A stretch of 51,245 nucleotides of DNA, from positions 1 through 51,245 of the forward strand of contig JAMCZU010000002.1 of NCBI GenBank assembly GCA_023485405.1. The letters are read 5' to 3'. Within the stretch, counting starts at the first letter, position 1; each line of letters starts with the position of its first letter. This stretch comes from Patescibacteria group bacterium (lineage in GTDB: Bacteria; Patescibacteriota; UBA1384; UBA12157; JAENIV01). Below the pieces are notes generated by a model. It did no database searches. It was not told where the DNA came from and saw only the letters and a list, made by a program, of their open reading frames with translations. Positions 29,273 through 40,389 of the stretch are shown piece after piece. A program made the position numbers and the translations under genes.

Positions 29273-30637
29273 ATGACGGAGGTAAAAATAAATAAAGAAA
29301 TTTTTAAGGCATACGACATTCGGGGAGTTTATCCCGAGGAAATCAACGAGGATTTAATTTATAAAATTGGTCAAGCTTATGCTAAAGTGGTAAAACCTAA
29401 AGGCAAAGTGGCAGTGGGTCACGACGTTCGGACTCATTCACCGCAATTAGCTAAAGCTTTAATTCAAGGTTTAACTGATGCTGGTGTCGATATAGTGGAT
29501 ATTGGTTTAATCTCGACCGAAATGCTTTATTTTGCGGTTGGCAGTTACGGTTTTGCCGGCGGACTACAAGTAACTGCTTCTCACAACCCGGCTGAATATA
29601 ACGGTTTAAAAATGGTGCGCGACGAGGCAAAGCCTGTTTCTTCTGATACCGGTATTTATGAAATTAGAGATTTAGTGGCAGATAATCAAGAAAAAGTGTC
29701 TGCTACTAGAATTGGCGAGATTGAGCAAAAAGATGTTTTAGAGGATTTTGCGAAGTTTTGTTTAGGTTTTATTGATATTAATGTCTTAAAACCATTAAAA
29801 CTTGTTTATAATCCGAACTTTGGTTTTGAGGGCGTTGTTTTAAAAAAGATTATTGAATTAGGTAGTTTGCCTTTAAATATAATTGGGTTAAATGATAAAC
29901 CCGATGGTACTTTTCCTAAAGGTCGTCCTGATCCTTTTCGTCCAGAGAATCGGCCGGAATTTATCCAAAAAGTAAAATCAGAACAAGCTGATTTAGGTGT
30001 AGCGTGGGATGCGGATGCGGATCGGGTGTTTTTTTGTACTAAAAATGACCATTTTGTCGAACCATATTATATGAATGCGCTACTGATTAAAATTGCTTTA
30101 GAGAAAAATCCAAAATCAAATATTGTCTATGATCCCCGCTATACATGGGCATTAATTGATTCGGCAAAAGAAAATGGTGGTCAGGCGGTGATTTCCCGAG
30201 TTGGGCATTCATTTATTAAAGAAAAAATGCGCGAGGTTGATGGAGTTTTCTGCGGTGAGTCGAGTGGTCATTTGTATTTTAAAGATTTTTGGTATGCCGA
30301 CTCAGGAATGATCCCATTACTTTTAATTTTGGAACTAATTTCTAAAGAAGGGGATTTGGATATTTTGCTAAAGCCGTATTTTGATAAATATTTTATTTCT
30401 GGTGAAATAAATACCGAAGTGGCTGATGGTGAAGCTAAAATTGCCCAGTTAAAAGAAAAATATGCTGATGGAAAAATAGATGAACTTGATGGTCTTTCGG
30501 TTGAGTACGATCGTGATTGGCGATTCAATGTTCGAACTTCCAACACTGAACCATTACTTCGCTTAAATGTCGAAGCCAAAACCAAAGAACTAATGGAACA
30601 AAAAAGAGACGAACTTTTGGCTCTAATCCGCACTTAA
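29273..30637 (+). CDS. Phosphomannomutase/phosphoglucomutase
   Basis: 'FKAYDIRG', 'TASHNP', 'DADADR', 'GESSGH'. Confidence 0.96.
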   Translation: MTEVKINKEIFKAYDIRGVYPEEINEDLIYKIGQAYAKVVKPKGKVAVGHDVRTHSPQLAKALIQGLTDAGVDIVDIGLISTEMLYFAVGSYGFAGGLQVTASHNPAEYNGLKMVRDEAKPVSSDTGIYEIRDLVADNQEKVSATRIGEIEQKDVLEDFAKFCLGFIDINVLKPLKLVYNPNFGFEGVVLKKIIELGSLPLNIIGLNDKPDGTFPKGRPDPFRPENRPEFIQKVKSEQADLGVAWDADADRVFFCTKNDHFVEPYYMNALLIKIALEKNPKSNIVYDPRYTWALIDSAKENGGQAVISRVGHSFIKEKMREVDGVFCGESSGHLYFKDFWYADSGMIPLLLILELISKEGDLDILLKPYFDKYFISGEINTEVADGEAKIAQLKEKYADGKIDELDGLSVEYDRDWRFNVRTSNTEPLLRLNVEAKTKELMEQKRDELLALIRT

Positions 30638-30651
30638 AAGAGCTAAATTTA

Positions 30652-31188
30652 TTATTTGAGTGGAGGAAAAGTAGGAGCTGGATTTATATTATTTGATTTC
30701 ATTCCTTCTCCAAAAGTACATGTTCCGGTGCTCGATTCGTTTGTGCTAATTGGGCCGACACAAAATAATTTGCCCGATGAGGGTAATTTAGCGTAACCGA
30801 TAAAATTGTCCTTTGTAATAGTTTGAAATATTAGTTCTGAATTGTATTGTTTGACTGAATTTTGGATATTGATGATTTTAGGGTCTTTTTCCAATCCGAT
30901 AAGTGTTCCGTTATCATCGTAATAAACTGCCGCAGCAGCTTCAACAGATAATAATTGACTTTTAATCTGAGCATCTTTAGCCTTATCTTTAGCGCTGTTG
31001 AGATTAACCACAACAGTTGCAGCTAAAATGCCTCCGACAATCAAGATAAAGCCTAAAATAACAGCTATAACTATAATAATCAGTTTTTTATTAGAATTTC
31101 CTTGTGGTGTTGTTTGTTGAGTTGATTGTTGCTGGGGAATTGGTGATGTCATTTGTGGTGCAGGTGGTGTTGATTGATTTTGGTTCAT
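30652..31188 (-). CDS. Pilin-like protein without a prepilin cleavage site, with a Gln/Pro-rich N-terminus
   Basis: TM helix then 'NLNSAKDKAKDAQIKSQL..AAVYYDDNG', resembling the type IV pilin alpha-1 helix. Confidence 0.65.
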   Translation of the reverse strand: MNQNQSTPPAPQMTSPIPQQQSTQQTTPQGNSNKKLIIIVIAVILGFILIVGGILAATVVVNLNSAKDKAKDAQIKSQLLSVEAAAAVYYDDNGTLIGLEKDPKIINIQNSVKQYNSELIFQTITKDNFIGYAKLPSSGKLFCVGPISTNESSTGTCTFGEGMKSNNINPAPTFPPLK

Positions 31189-31207
31189 TAGCCCTCCTTT
31201 GGAACGA

Positions 31208-31636
31208 TTAACTTAATTCTATCCTGTTTTTATTATAATCCATCATAACTTTAAACATATCAAAAAAGCCTTTTTGTCCTAAAATTCCGTAAGGCATTCT
31301 ATGCGCTGTAAAATCAGGCGCAAAACCACAATAACACTCTTTGTTGTTACCACCAATATTTAGGGTGACATTATGAAAATAAGATATTTTCTTGTCGCCC
31401 GTAACTCCAAAGAATTCTAATTTTCTGCCGCTTTTAATATCTATTCCTAAATATTCGCCAATTTCGCTATGAAAAATACAAAAATCAGCACCAGAATCAA
31501 TCAGAGTAAGGTAGTCAATCTTTTTGTCTTTATACTTAATAGTAATTGGTATAACCGGGCGTTGAGCGCTTTTATGGTTTGGAAAAGCTTCGTTTGGATC
31601 GGAGGGGAATTTTTTATAAGAGAATTTCAGTGGCAT
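31208..31636 (-). CDS. Retropepsin-like aspartyl protease
   Basis: 'LIDSGAD' and 'GILGQKGFF'. Confidence 0.88.
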   Translation of the reverse strand: MPLKFSYKKFPSDPNEAFPNHKSAQRPVIPITIKYKDKKIDYLTLIDSGADFCIFHSEIGEYLGIDIKSGRKLEFFGVTGDKKISYFHNVTLNIGGNNKECYCGFAPDFTAHRMPYGILGQKGFFDMFKVMMDYNKNRIELS

Positions 31637-31843
31637 TTAGAATCCTAAAACATAATTGCCATAATCTTTAGGTACTCGTGTAACAATAGGTTTGGGTTCA
31701 CCTCTTTCTTTGGCTTCTTTTATAACATCAGGTAAAGATTTACCGTGACTGATAACTTTTTTTTCATCAAAAGAAAGTGCGATCCATTCATTCGAGTATT
31801 TTTTTAAAATTTTAGATAAATTTTCTTCTTTTAATACCAACAT
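31637..31843 (-). CDS. DUF5678-like small protein
   Basis: 'KKYSNEWIAL..KVISHGK..EAKERG..P..TRVP'. Confidence 0.75.
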   Translation of the reverse strand: MLVLKEENLSKILKKYSNEWIALSFDEKKVISHGKSLPDVIKEAKERGEPKPIVTRVPKDYGNYVLGF

Positions 31844-31922
31844 TTTATCATCGTTTATATTGTAACATTTTTTAAAAATCTTTTAAACCTTTGATTAACC
31901 TACGAGGTTTATTAAAATTGGT

Positions 31923-32576
31923 TTAATTAAAGCTTATAGAAGATAACATTTGGTTAACTATATTAGAATCTACTTTTGAGGAAGTGCTTAACTGAATTAC
32001 TTGTTGACCATTAGAAATATAATAGCTATAGTCTATTTGAGCCATCTCATATCCTTGAGATGTTTTTCCTAAATCTTTGACCGAGATTGATTGAGGGTGA
32101 AGCGTTGTCAAGTATGCAGTCAGACTAGTTTCAGCTGTCTTTGGAGGATATTGAGATAATGTAATTGAATTTCCTTGTTCATTGGTAACAATTATAGTAG
32201 AACTGTTATCTTTTACATTCCAACCCGTAGGATAAGAAAAAGCGATACCTAAAGTGATTGACGGATAGATTATATATCCTGTAGTTGTATTATTTTGTTG
32301 ATTATTATTTGCGGATGCAGCAGTAGAAGGAAACGTAGTTGGTGGAGTGTAAGACCCATTCTTATTAGGTGACGATCGGTAGTGTGAAAAGACATAAAGA
32401 ACTATCATTCCTAATATCGCTAATATCGGCAAGCCGACAAAAATATAAAAGACAACCCGGGCAATAACGATTGCGGGGTCTTTTGATTTCCAAAAAGAAA
32501 CATTTTGAGCTGGCTGTTATGTTTGTGATGATTGTTGAGATTGATTGGTTTGATTGCTAGGGTTTGATTGGTTCAC
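31923..32576 (-). pseudogene. Membrane-anchored PsbP-like protein with an in-frame TAA at codon 20 (or a sequencing error)
   Basis: GGAGG plus GTG at 32576 is in frame with ORF 31923..32432; TAA at 32519-32517 lies in a Gln-rich tract. Confidence 0.65.
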
Positions 32577-32614
32577 CTTGACCTCCTATATCTATTAACA
32601 TTTAAAAAGATAAA

Positions 32615-33706
32615 TTATAGGCTTGCTTGATATCTTTGAGATTTTGCGATTAAATAATCTCTTAATTTATCCGCATTTATCTGAGAAAGTCCAGGTATAT
32701 TTAATGCAACTGATGATTTTTCTCCAGCTGTTTCAATCGATAATGAATAAAGACCAAATAGTCGGTCAGTTATACCTTGTCTAACATTAACATTTTGAAT
32801 CCTATTGTAATACAAAAAAGAAGAAGACTGTCCAATAACCTTGGTTCTTATTTCTGCTTTATCTTTGCCAAAATAAAAATAAAAGTTTTTATACCAGATA
32901 AAATTGATCATCAAAGAACCGGCCACGACGATAAAAATGAAAAGGAAAAAAATTAGATTAAAATTAGCTGGTTCCGGTATTGCATAGCCACGAGGTAAAA
33001 TACCTCCAAGAACGGCTAAAATAATAATTATAAATAAAATAGACATTCTTAAAGTTCCAGTAAAAATAAGTATAGATGAGATAGGACAGTTTTCTCTTGA
33101 AATATCAACTGTAGTGGTGTTGTCCTGATTTTTTTGTGGTTCTTGTGTTACTGTCGTTTGCTGTTGAATATTTTCTGGGTGTGAAGGACCATTTTCAGGA
33201 TTGGCAATTCGATTATTTAAAAATTCCACTAGTTTGTCTGAATTGATTTTATTTAATCCGTCAACATGCGAGTAAAACCCCGAAGTTTCTCCAGCTGTCT
33301 CGTAATGAACATCGTATAAACCAAACATTCTATCCAAAACGTCTTGATCGACATATATATTTTGCAATCTCTCATATCTAACATGGCCAGTTGCAACACT
33401 GACAACTCCTTTTTTAATTTCGGCATTATTTTCTTCGAATGAATAATAGTAGAATTTATAATAAAGATATTCAAATATACATATACCTACAATTAAAAAT
33501 AATGCACCCAAATTTACAGTCCAATTCATCCAAATTATCCCTGTTGTTGTTGCCTCGGTTATGGGTCCCGCATCCGTTACTGTAGATATAAATAATCGAC
33601 GCAGTAAAAAATATCCTATCCAGAAAATTATTATCGTAATTATTCCTGGTAATGATTTCTTGATGGGTTTAAGAGAACTTAAAGGTAAATTGTTTGAATC
33701 ATACAT
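32615..33706 (-). CDS. Tandem bacterial PH-domain (YdbT-like) membrane protein
   Basis: Two repeats of TM-TM plus 'Y.R.QN..V.Q...DR.FGLY....ETAGE'. Confidence 0.88.
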   Translation of the reverse strand: MYDSNNLPLSSLKPIKKSLPGIITIIIFWIGYFLLRRLFISTVTDAGPITEATTTGIIWMNWTVNLGALFLIVGICIFEYLYYKFYYYSFEENNAEIKKGVVSVATGHVRYERLQNIYVDQDVLDRMFGLYDVHYETAGETSGFYSHVDGLNKINSDKLVEFLNNRIANPENGPSHPENIQQQTTVTQEPQKNQDNTTTVDISRENCPISSILIFTGTLRMSILFIIIILAVLGGILPRGYAIPEPANFNLIFFLFIFIVVAGSLMINFIWYKNFYFYFGKDKAEIRTKVIGQSSSFLYYNRIQNVNVRQGITDRLFGLYSLSIETAGEKSSVALNIPGLSQINADKLRDYLIAKSQRYQASL

Positions 33707-33719
33707 ATAATCCTCCTTT

Positions 33720-34679
33720 TTAGATCACCAACCCCATTTTTTCTTTGACTTCTTTAATAGTTTCTTGAGCGAAAGGACGCAGTTTTTCGGCGCCGGAAGC
33801 TAAGATTTTTTTGACTTCTTCGTCGGTAATTTCATCGCGACGTTTTTGAAATGGCTCAAGTTCTTTGATAATTGCTTCGGCAAAAAGGGGTTTAAATTCA
33901 CTGTATTTAATTGTACCGGCTTTTCTTTGTTCTAAAAATTTATTGGCTTCTTCGGTGCCAACAAATTCACCATAAAGATTAATTAAATTTAAAGTAGCGG
34001 GTGAAATTTCTGATTGATGGCCGTCATCAGTGGTCGCGCCAGCAATTTTTTGACGAATTGTCTCGGGATCATCGGTTAAAGCAACATAAGTATTGACAGC
34101 GTCAGATTTAGACATTTTACCTTCACCCGAGAGAGAACCAACTCGTTTTGCTTCGGTTAAAAGAGCTTTTGGTTCGGGAAATATTTGTCCAAATTTAGTG
34201 TTAAAACGGCGCGCTAAATCACGGGTTAATTCCACATGTTGGACTTGATCTTCGCCGACGGGCACACCCTCGGCTTTGTAAAGTAAAATATCGGCCGCCA
34301 TCAGCACTGGATAATCAAAAAGACCAACTCTTTCTTCATTTTTGGCCGCTTTTTCCTTATATTGTGTCATCCGGGTTAATTCGCCCATTGTCGTAATGGT
34401 ATTTAAAAGCCAAGCTAGTTCGGTGTGTTCTTTAACATCTGATTGTAGAAATAAAGTGGATTTTTCTGGATCAATGCCAGAGGCTAAAACATCTTTAGCG
34501 GCGGAAATAATTCTTTGGGGTAATTCTTCTTTAGGATAATTAACAGTAATAGCATGATAATCCACAATACAAAAAATTGTTTCATTTTCTGCTTGGAGTT
34601 TAGCCCAATTTTTCATCGCGCCTAAATAATTACCTAAATGGACAACACCGGAAGGTTGGATTCCTGAAAAAATTTTCAT
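33720..34679 (-). CDS. trpS: Tryptophan--tRNA ligase
   Basis: 'SGIQPSG..HLGNY', 'YPVLMAADIL', 'KMSKS'. Confidence 0.98.
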   Translation of the reverse strand: MKIFSGIQPSGVVHLGNYLGAMKNWAKLQAENETIFCIVDYHAITVNYPKEELPQRIISAAKDVLASGIDPEKSTLFLQSDVKEHTELAWLLNTITTMGELTRMTQYKEKAAKNEERVGLFDYPVLMAADILLYKAEGVPVGEDQVQHVELTRDLARRFNTKFGQIFPEPKALLTEAKRVGSLSGEGKMSKSDAVNTYVALTDDPETIRQKIAGATTDDGHQSEISPATLNLINLYGEFVGTEEANKFLEQRKAGTIKYSEFKPLFAEAIIKELEPFQKRRDEITDEEVKKILASGAEKLRPFAQETIKEVKEKMGLVI

Positions 34680-34752
34680 AATAACTCCTAATTTTATTCT
34701 ACCAGTATTTATCTCTTGTTTTCAAGGGAGACTTGTTGTAGTATAACAGGTT

Positions 34753-35649
34753 ATGACTAAAATAGAAAAAGCCATTCTTCAAACTTTAGCCTTTTTTGAT
34801 ATCTTTAAACGGCCTTTGACCTTGGAAGAGTTATGGCACAATTTATATCGGACAAAAACAAGTAAAATCCAGATCTTATTTGCTCTTCGTGCTTTGCAAA
34901 AGAAGAAAATAGTTGTTGAGAAAGATTCATATTTTTTGCTGAATGAACCGCGGAAAAACTTTGCTATTTTTGAAAGGCAAAAACAAATCTGTCAAAAACG
35001 TTGGTTAAAGATTCAGCGTATAATTAAATTTCTTCGCTACGCGCCATTTGTTAAAAATATTTCGGTCATTAATTCACTGGCTTTTAATGCTTCAAATGAA
35101 AATTCTGATATTGATATTTTTATTATCACCCAGAAAAATCGTCTTTGGACAGCCAGAGCAGCCGTAGTAATGATTTTGGAATTTTTGGGTCAAAATAAAA
35201 ATAAATGGTATCAAGCGAACAAATTTTGTTTAGGTTTTGCTTTAACGGTAGAAAAATTAAATTTAGAAAATTTGCGTTTAAAAAAAGATATTTATTTTAC
35301 CTATTGGTTGGCTATGCTTATGCCGATTTTAGATCGAAAAATGTATCAGAAATTTATTTTAGAAAATGCTTGGATTTTGAAAGAATTACCCAATTGGCAA
35401 GAGAAAAATATTGAAAGTTTCCCGGAAAAAAAGACAAAGTTAGAAAAAATTTTATCAGGACGGTTTGGTGAAGCGCTAGAAAGTTTCTTAGGTCATCTCC
35501 AAATTAAAAAAATATGGCTGGCAAAGGAAAATCATCGTCTAGGTGCATCGGTGGTGGCTGACTTTCAAATGATGAAATTGCATGCTTATGATCGTCGTAA
35601 TTTTTATCAAATACAGTGGCAAGAAAAACTAAAAGCTTTAAAAATATAG
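34753..35649 (+). CDS. Nucleotidyltransferase-like protein with N-terminal HTH-like region
   Basis: 'NSLA..SDIDIFII..RLWTAR'. Confidence 0.65.
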   Translation: MTKIEKAILQTLAFFDIFKRPLTLEELWHNLYRTKTSKIQILFALRALQKKKIVVEKDSYFLLNEPRKNFAIFERQKQICQKRWLKIQRIIKFLRYAPFVKNISVINSLAFNASNENSDIDIFIITQKNRLWTARAAVVMILEFLGQNKNKWYQANKFCLGFALTVEKLNLENLRLKKDIYFTYWLAMLMPILDRKMYQKFILENAWILKELPNWQEKNIESFPEKKTKLEKILSGRFGEALESFLGHLQIKKIWLAKENHRLGASVVADFQMMKLHAYDRRNFYQIQWQEKLKALKI

Positions 35650-35740
35650 GGGTTGACCCCGCCAGAATTCCTTTCTGCAAAACGGACTACGTCCTGTTAT
35701 TGCAGAAGCGTCATCTGCGGGGGTCTGCGGACTGACGTCC

Positions 35741-35836
35741 TTGACAAAATTGGTCTTTTTTGGCTAAAATAATGGTTGATGGGAGTCGGTTATCCCCCTT
35801 CCGGCTTCCATCAACTTCGGAGGAAACCCCGAATTT
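35741..35836 (+). promoter_or_regulatory. groESL promoter (TTGACA-18-TAAAAT) and structured leader
   Basis: Hairpin GTTGATGGGAGTCGG/CCGGCTTCCATCAAC, then TTCGGAG-GAAA-CCCCGAA-TTTTT. Confidence 0.6.
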
Positions 35837-35875
35837 TTAAACTCAGAAAATTAATATATTAAAGAAAGGAATAAA

Positions 35876-36160
35876 ATGAAAATTAAACCATTGGCGGACC
35901 GTGTAGTTGTCAAACCTCTTGAGGAAGAATCGAAAACCAAATCTGGAATTATTATTCCCGATACCGCCAAAGAAAAATCTCATCGTGGCGAAATTATTGC
36001 CACGGGACCGGGCAAATATGACGATGGCAAATTAATCGCCCTAAATGTTAAAATTGGCGACAAGATTTTATACAAAGAATATAGTGGTGACGAGTTTAAA
36101 CTTGACGGCATTACAGTTATTATTTTAAAAGAAGAAGACATAATCGCCATCATCGAATGA
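35876..36160 (+). CDS. groES: Co-chaperonin GroES
   Basis: 'IKPLADRVVV', 'SGIIIPDTAKEK'. Confidence 0.98.
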   Translation: MKIKPLADRVVVKPLEEESKTKSGIIIPDTAKEKSHRGEIIATGPGKYDDGKLIALNVKIGDKILYKEYSGDEFKLDGITVIILKEEDIIAIIE

Positions 36161-36165
36161 TGGCT

Positions 36166-37915
<1,750 letters not shown>

Positions 37916-37974
37916 GAAGGGCGAAGAAATTAAGTACGAATTACGAAGTAATTGTAAAAGAAAAATATGGAATA

Positions 37975-38006
37975 AAAAAAGACCGGTCCGCAAGGGTCGG
38001 TCTTTT
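37975..38006 (+). terminator. Bidirectional intrinsic terminator
   Basis: A-tract, GACCGGTCC-GCAA-GGGTCGGTC, TTTT. Confidence 0.85.
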
Positions 38007-38026
38007 GAGCTAATTTAACCTCATGC

Positions 38027-38048
38027 TGACACTTCCAAGGTGTCAGTG
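38027..38048. repeat. 22-nt hairpin repeat, copy 2 (intergenic)
   Basis: Identical to 18816-18837. Confidence 0.75.
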
Positions 38049-38088
38049 GGTGTATTTTTATAATTTTGTCAAAAATTTCCGCGCGAAG

Positions 38089-38400
38089 CTATAATCTTAT
38101 CTTATGATTGATAATTGTATGGCCTTCAAGTGCGAGGATTTTTTCTTTTTCCTTTTGGCCGAGAGCATAACCACCAACTATTCCATTGGAACGAATAACA
38201 CGGTGGCAAGGTACTGGTTCGAATTCCTCAAAAGGTAGTTGTTTTTCTCTACCGTGATAGTTGCGATTTAAAATAGAACCAACCGCACGATAAGCTTTGG
38301 GTGATCCCGCTTTAATGGCCACTTCTTGGTAAGTCATCAATTTACCACGGGGAATTTTACCAACAACTTCCAAGACTTTTTTAGTGAAAATTTTAATCAT
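38089..38400 (-). CDS. ogt: Methylated-DNA--protein-cysteine methyltransferase (single domain)
   Basis: 'IPRGKLMTY', 'RAVG', 'PCHRV'. Confidence 0.88.
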   Translation of the reverse strand: MIKIFTKKVLEVVGKIPRGKLMTYQEVAIKAGSPKAYRAVGSILNRNYHGREKQLPFEEFEPVPCHRVIRSNGIVGGYALGQKEKEKILALEGHTIINHKIRL

Positions 38401-38907
38401 TTAAGCTATTTCTGAACCAACAGCCCCAGATGGTGGTTCAACCACATCATCGGTAAAAATAATCGCCTTGTCAATGCGCGAAACTTTATCCGATGTAAGG
38501 ATGCGAGATTTGCCCAAGAGATCTTTAAGATAATATTTAGTTACGCTTTGCGTGTTAGTGTCAATTAAGAAATTTTCCACTTCGCCCAAACCGATATCTG
38601 ACTCGGTTTTAGCTTTCATCCCTAAGAGATAAATTTTCTTATCAATCAATGTTTTTAAACGGATGATTTCCGAAGGATCAACTAAGTTATCAACTGATGC
38701 TGTCACTAAACCAACAGGATCCCAGTCAATGACATCAATAATTGAAAGCGCTTTTTGAGGGGAGAAAAAACCCTCAAGTTGCACTAAAAAACCCAGTAGT
38801 TGTCCATTTTGAGGGTCAACTAAAATTTGGCGAACCACACCCGCCTTTACTTGATCATCTCGAGCCGCCACTGGTAGTCCAATTAGTTTAGTTGCTTCAA
38901 TAAACAT
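38401..38907 (-). CDS. Tandem PRC-barrel protein
   Basis: 'LIGLPV..GVVRQILVDP' and 'LGEVENFLID'. Confidence 0.85.
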   Translation of the reverse strand: MFIEATKLIGLPVAARDDQVKAGVVRQILVDPQNGQLLGFLVQLEGFFSPQKALSIIDVIDWDPVGLVTASVDNLVDPSEIIRLKTLIDKKIYLLGMKAKTESDIGLGEVENFLIDTNTQSVTKYYLKDLLGKSRILTSDKVSRIDKAIIFTDDVVEPPSGAVGSEIA

Positions 38908-38966
38908 CACCGTTATTATAGCATGAATGCGCGGAAATTTCTGACGAAATTATAGCATAATAACGG

Positions 38967-39074
38967 AATTTTAAATTCTAAATTTTTAATTTTAAATCAA
39001 TTTATAATGACTTAATTTTAAAACATTAAATCATTTGAAATTCAATTGAAATTTTAAATTTGAAATTGAAAATT
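38967..39074. repeat. AT-rich heptamer inverted-repeat element after efp
   Basis: AATTTTA/AATTCTA units ... TGAAATT/GAAAATT units. Confidence 0.75.
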
Positions 39075-39079
39075 AAAAA

Positions 39080-39637
39080 CTAGGCTCGTTCGACGTATGC
39101 ACCAGTGCGAGTGTCAATGACAATTTTGTCACCATCTTTAATAAATAAAGGCACATTAATTTGTGCCCCGGTCTCTAGAGTCGCCGGTTTGAGCACAGTT
39201 GAGGCCGTGTTGCCCTTAAAACCTGGTTCAGTGTAAGTAATCTCTAGTGTAATTTTAATAGGTAGTTGGATATTAATTGGCTTATTTTGAAAATATAAAA
39301 TATCCACTTCAGCCCCTTCTTTAAGAAAATTAGCCATTTTGCCAATTTGGGTCAAAGAAATTGAAAATTGTTCAAAGTTTGCGGCGTCCATAAAGTAAAA
39401 ATTTTCAGCATCTTTGTAAAGATATTGGGCTTTTTTGGTTTCAAGTTCTGCTTCTTGAATTTTTTCGGCACCAGCAAAAGTTTTTTCAAGCGTCGCGCCA
39501 GAGATTAAATTTTTTATTTTTGTTCGCAAAATCCCACCACCACGACCGAGTTTAGAGTGCTCAGTATAAATTACTTGATGTGGTTCGGAATTAAAAATAA
39601 TTTTTGTGCCAATTTTTAGATCATTAATTGAAAACAT
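39080..39637 (-). CDS. efp: Elongation factor P
   Basis: 'KPATLETG..VPLFI..IDTRTGAYVER'. Confidence 0.97.
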   Translation of the reverse strand: MFSINDLKIGTKIIFNSEPHQVIYTEHSKLGRGGGILRTKIKNLISGATLEKTFAGAEKIQEAELETKKAQYLYKDAENFYFMDAANFEQFSISLTQIGKMANFLKEGAEVDILYFQNKPINIQLPIKITLEITYTEPGFKGNTASTVLKPATLETGAQINVPLFIKDGDKIVIDTRTGAYVERA

Positions 39638-39647
39638 TGTTTGAGAT

Positions 39648-39872
39648 TTATTTCTTGACGTATGGTAAAAGGGCTAAAAATCTAGCTCGTTTGATTGCTT
39701 CAGAAAGCATTCGTTGATGTTTGGCACAAGTGCCAGTATCACGAGCAGATTTCATTTTTGTCCAAGGTGTTAAATATTTTATTAAAACACTTGAATCTTT
39801 GTAATCAATATAATCAATTTTCTTGCGGCAAAAATTACATTGTTTTCTTGATGGGCTAAATCTTCTGGGCAT
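39648..39872 (-). CDS. rpsR: 30S ribosomal protein S18
   Basis: 'CNFC..IDYKD', 'AIKRARFLALLPY'. Confidence 0.97.
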   Translation of the reverse strand: MPRRFSPSRKQCNFCRKKIDYIDYKDSSVLIKYLTPWTKMKSARDTGTCAKHQRMLSEAIKRARFLALLPYVKK

Positions 39873-39881
39873 TATTTTCTC

Positions 39882-40388
39882 CTAAAATGGGATTTCGTCT
39901 AAATTAATTTCGCCTTCGTCGGACGGTTCTTCTTTTTCTTTAGTAACTTTTTTGGGCTCAGCTTTTTCTTTTGATTTATTTTCTTCTTTTTCAATCGAAG
40001 GGGAAAATTCTTTGATATCTTCACCTAAATTAGGTGAGGATTCTGTGCCACTGACTCCTTTCGGTGTTAAAAAGACAAAATCTTCCATCACGATTTCGGT
40101 GCGATTTCTTTTGCCGCCATCTTGTCCTTCCCACGTGCGGGTTTGCAGTCGGCCTTCAATGTATATTTTATGGCCTTTTTTAACATATTGGGCAATAATT
40201 TCGGCGACTTTGCCCCAAGCAACCACGTTGTGGAATTCGGTTTGTTCCTGATTATTACCGTCTTTGTCACGCCAACGACGATTAGTGGCCACTGAAAAAG
40301 AACAGACTGCTTGGCCATTAGGGGTATAACGCATTTCTGGGTCTCGGGTGACATTGCCGACAAGTTGAGCACGATTTAGAGAATACAT
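39882..40388 (-). CDS. ssb: Single-stranded DNA-binding protein
   Basis: 'LVGNVTRDPEMRYT', 'EGRLQTRTW', C-terminal 'DEIPF'. Confidence 0.98.
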   Translation of the reverse strand: MYSLNRAQLVGNVTRDPEMRYTPNGQAVCSFSVATNRRWRDKDGNNQEQTEFHNVVAWGKVAEIIAQYVKKGHKIYIEGRLQTRTWEGQDGGKRNRTEIVMEDFVFLTPKGVSGTESSPNLGEDIKEFSPSIEKEENKSKEKAEPKKVTKEKEEPSDEGEINLDEIPF

Positions 40389-40389
40389 T

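Noticed and set aside
29273-29290. ATA start for PMM/PGM after GGAGGT
   Set aside because: An in-frame ATG at 29273 is available; cannot be discriminated from sequence alone
35650-35875. CIRCE operator upstream of groES
   Set aside because: Consensus inverted repeat not present
38915-38958. Direct repeat ATTATAGCAT (38915-38924, 38949-38958)
   Set aside because: Most simply tandem extended -10 boxes; too short to claim a target-site duplication
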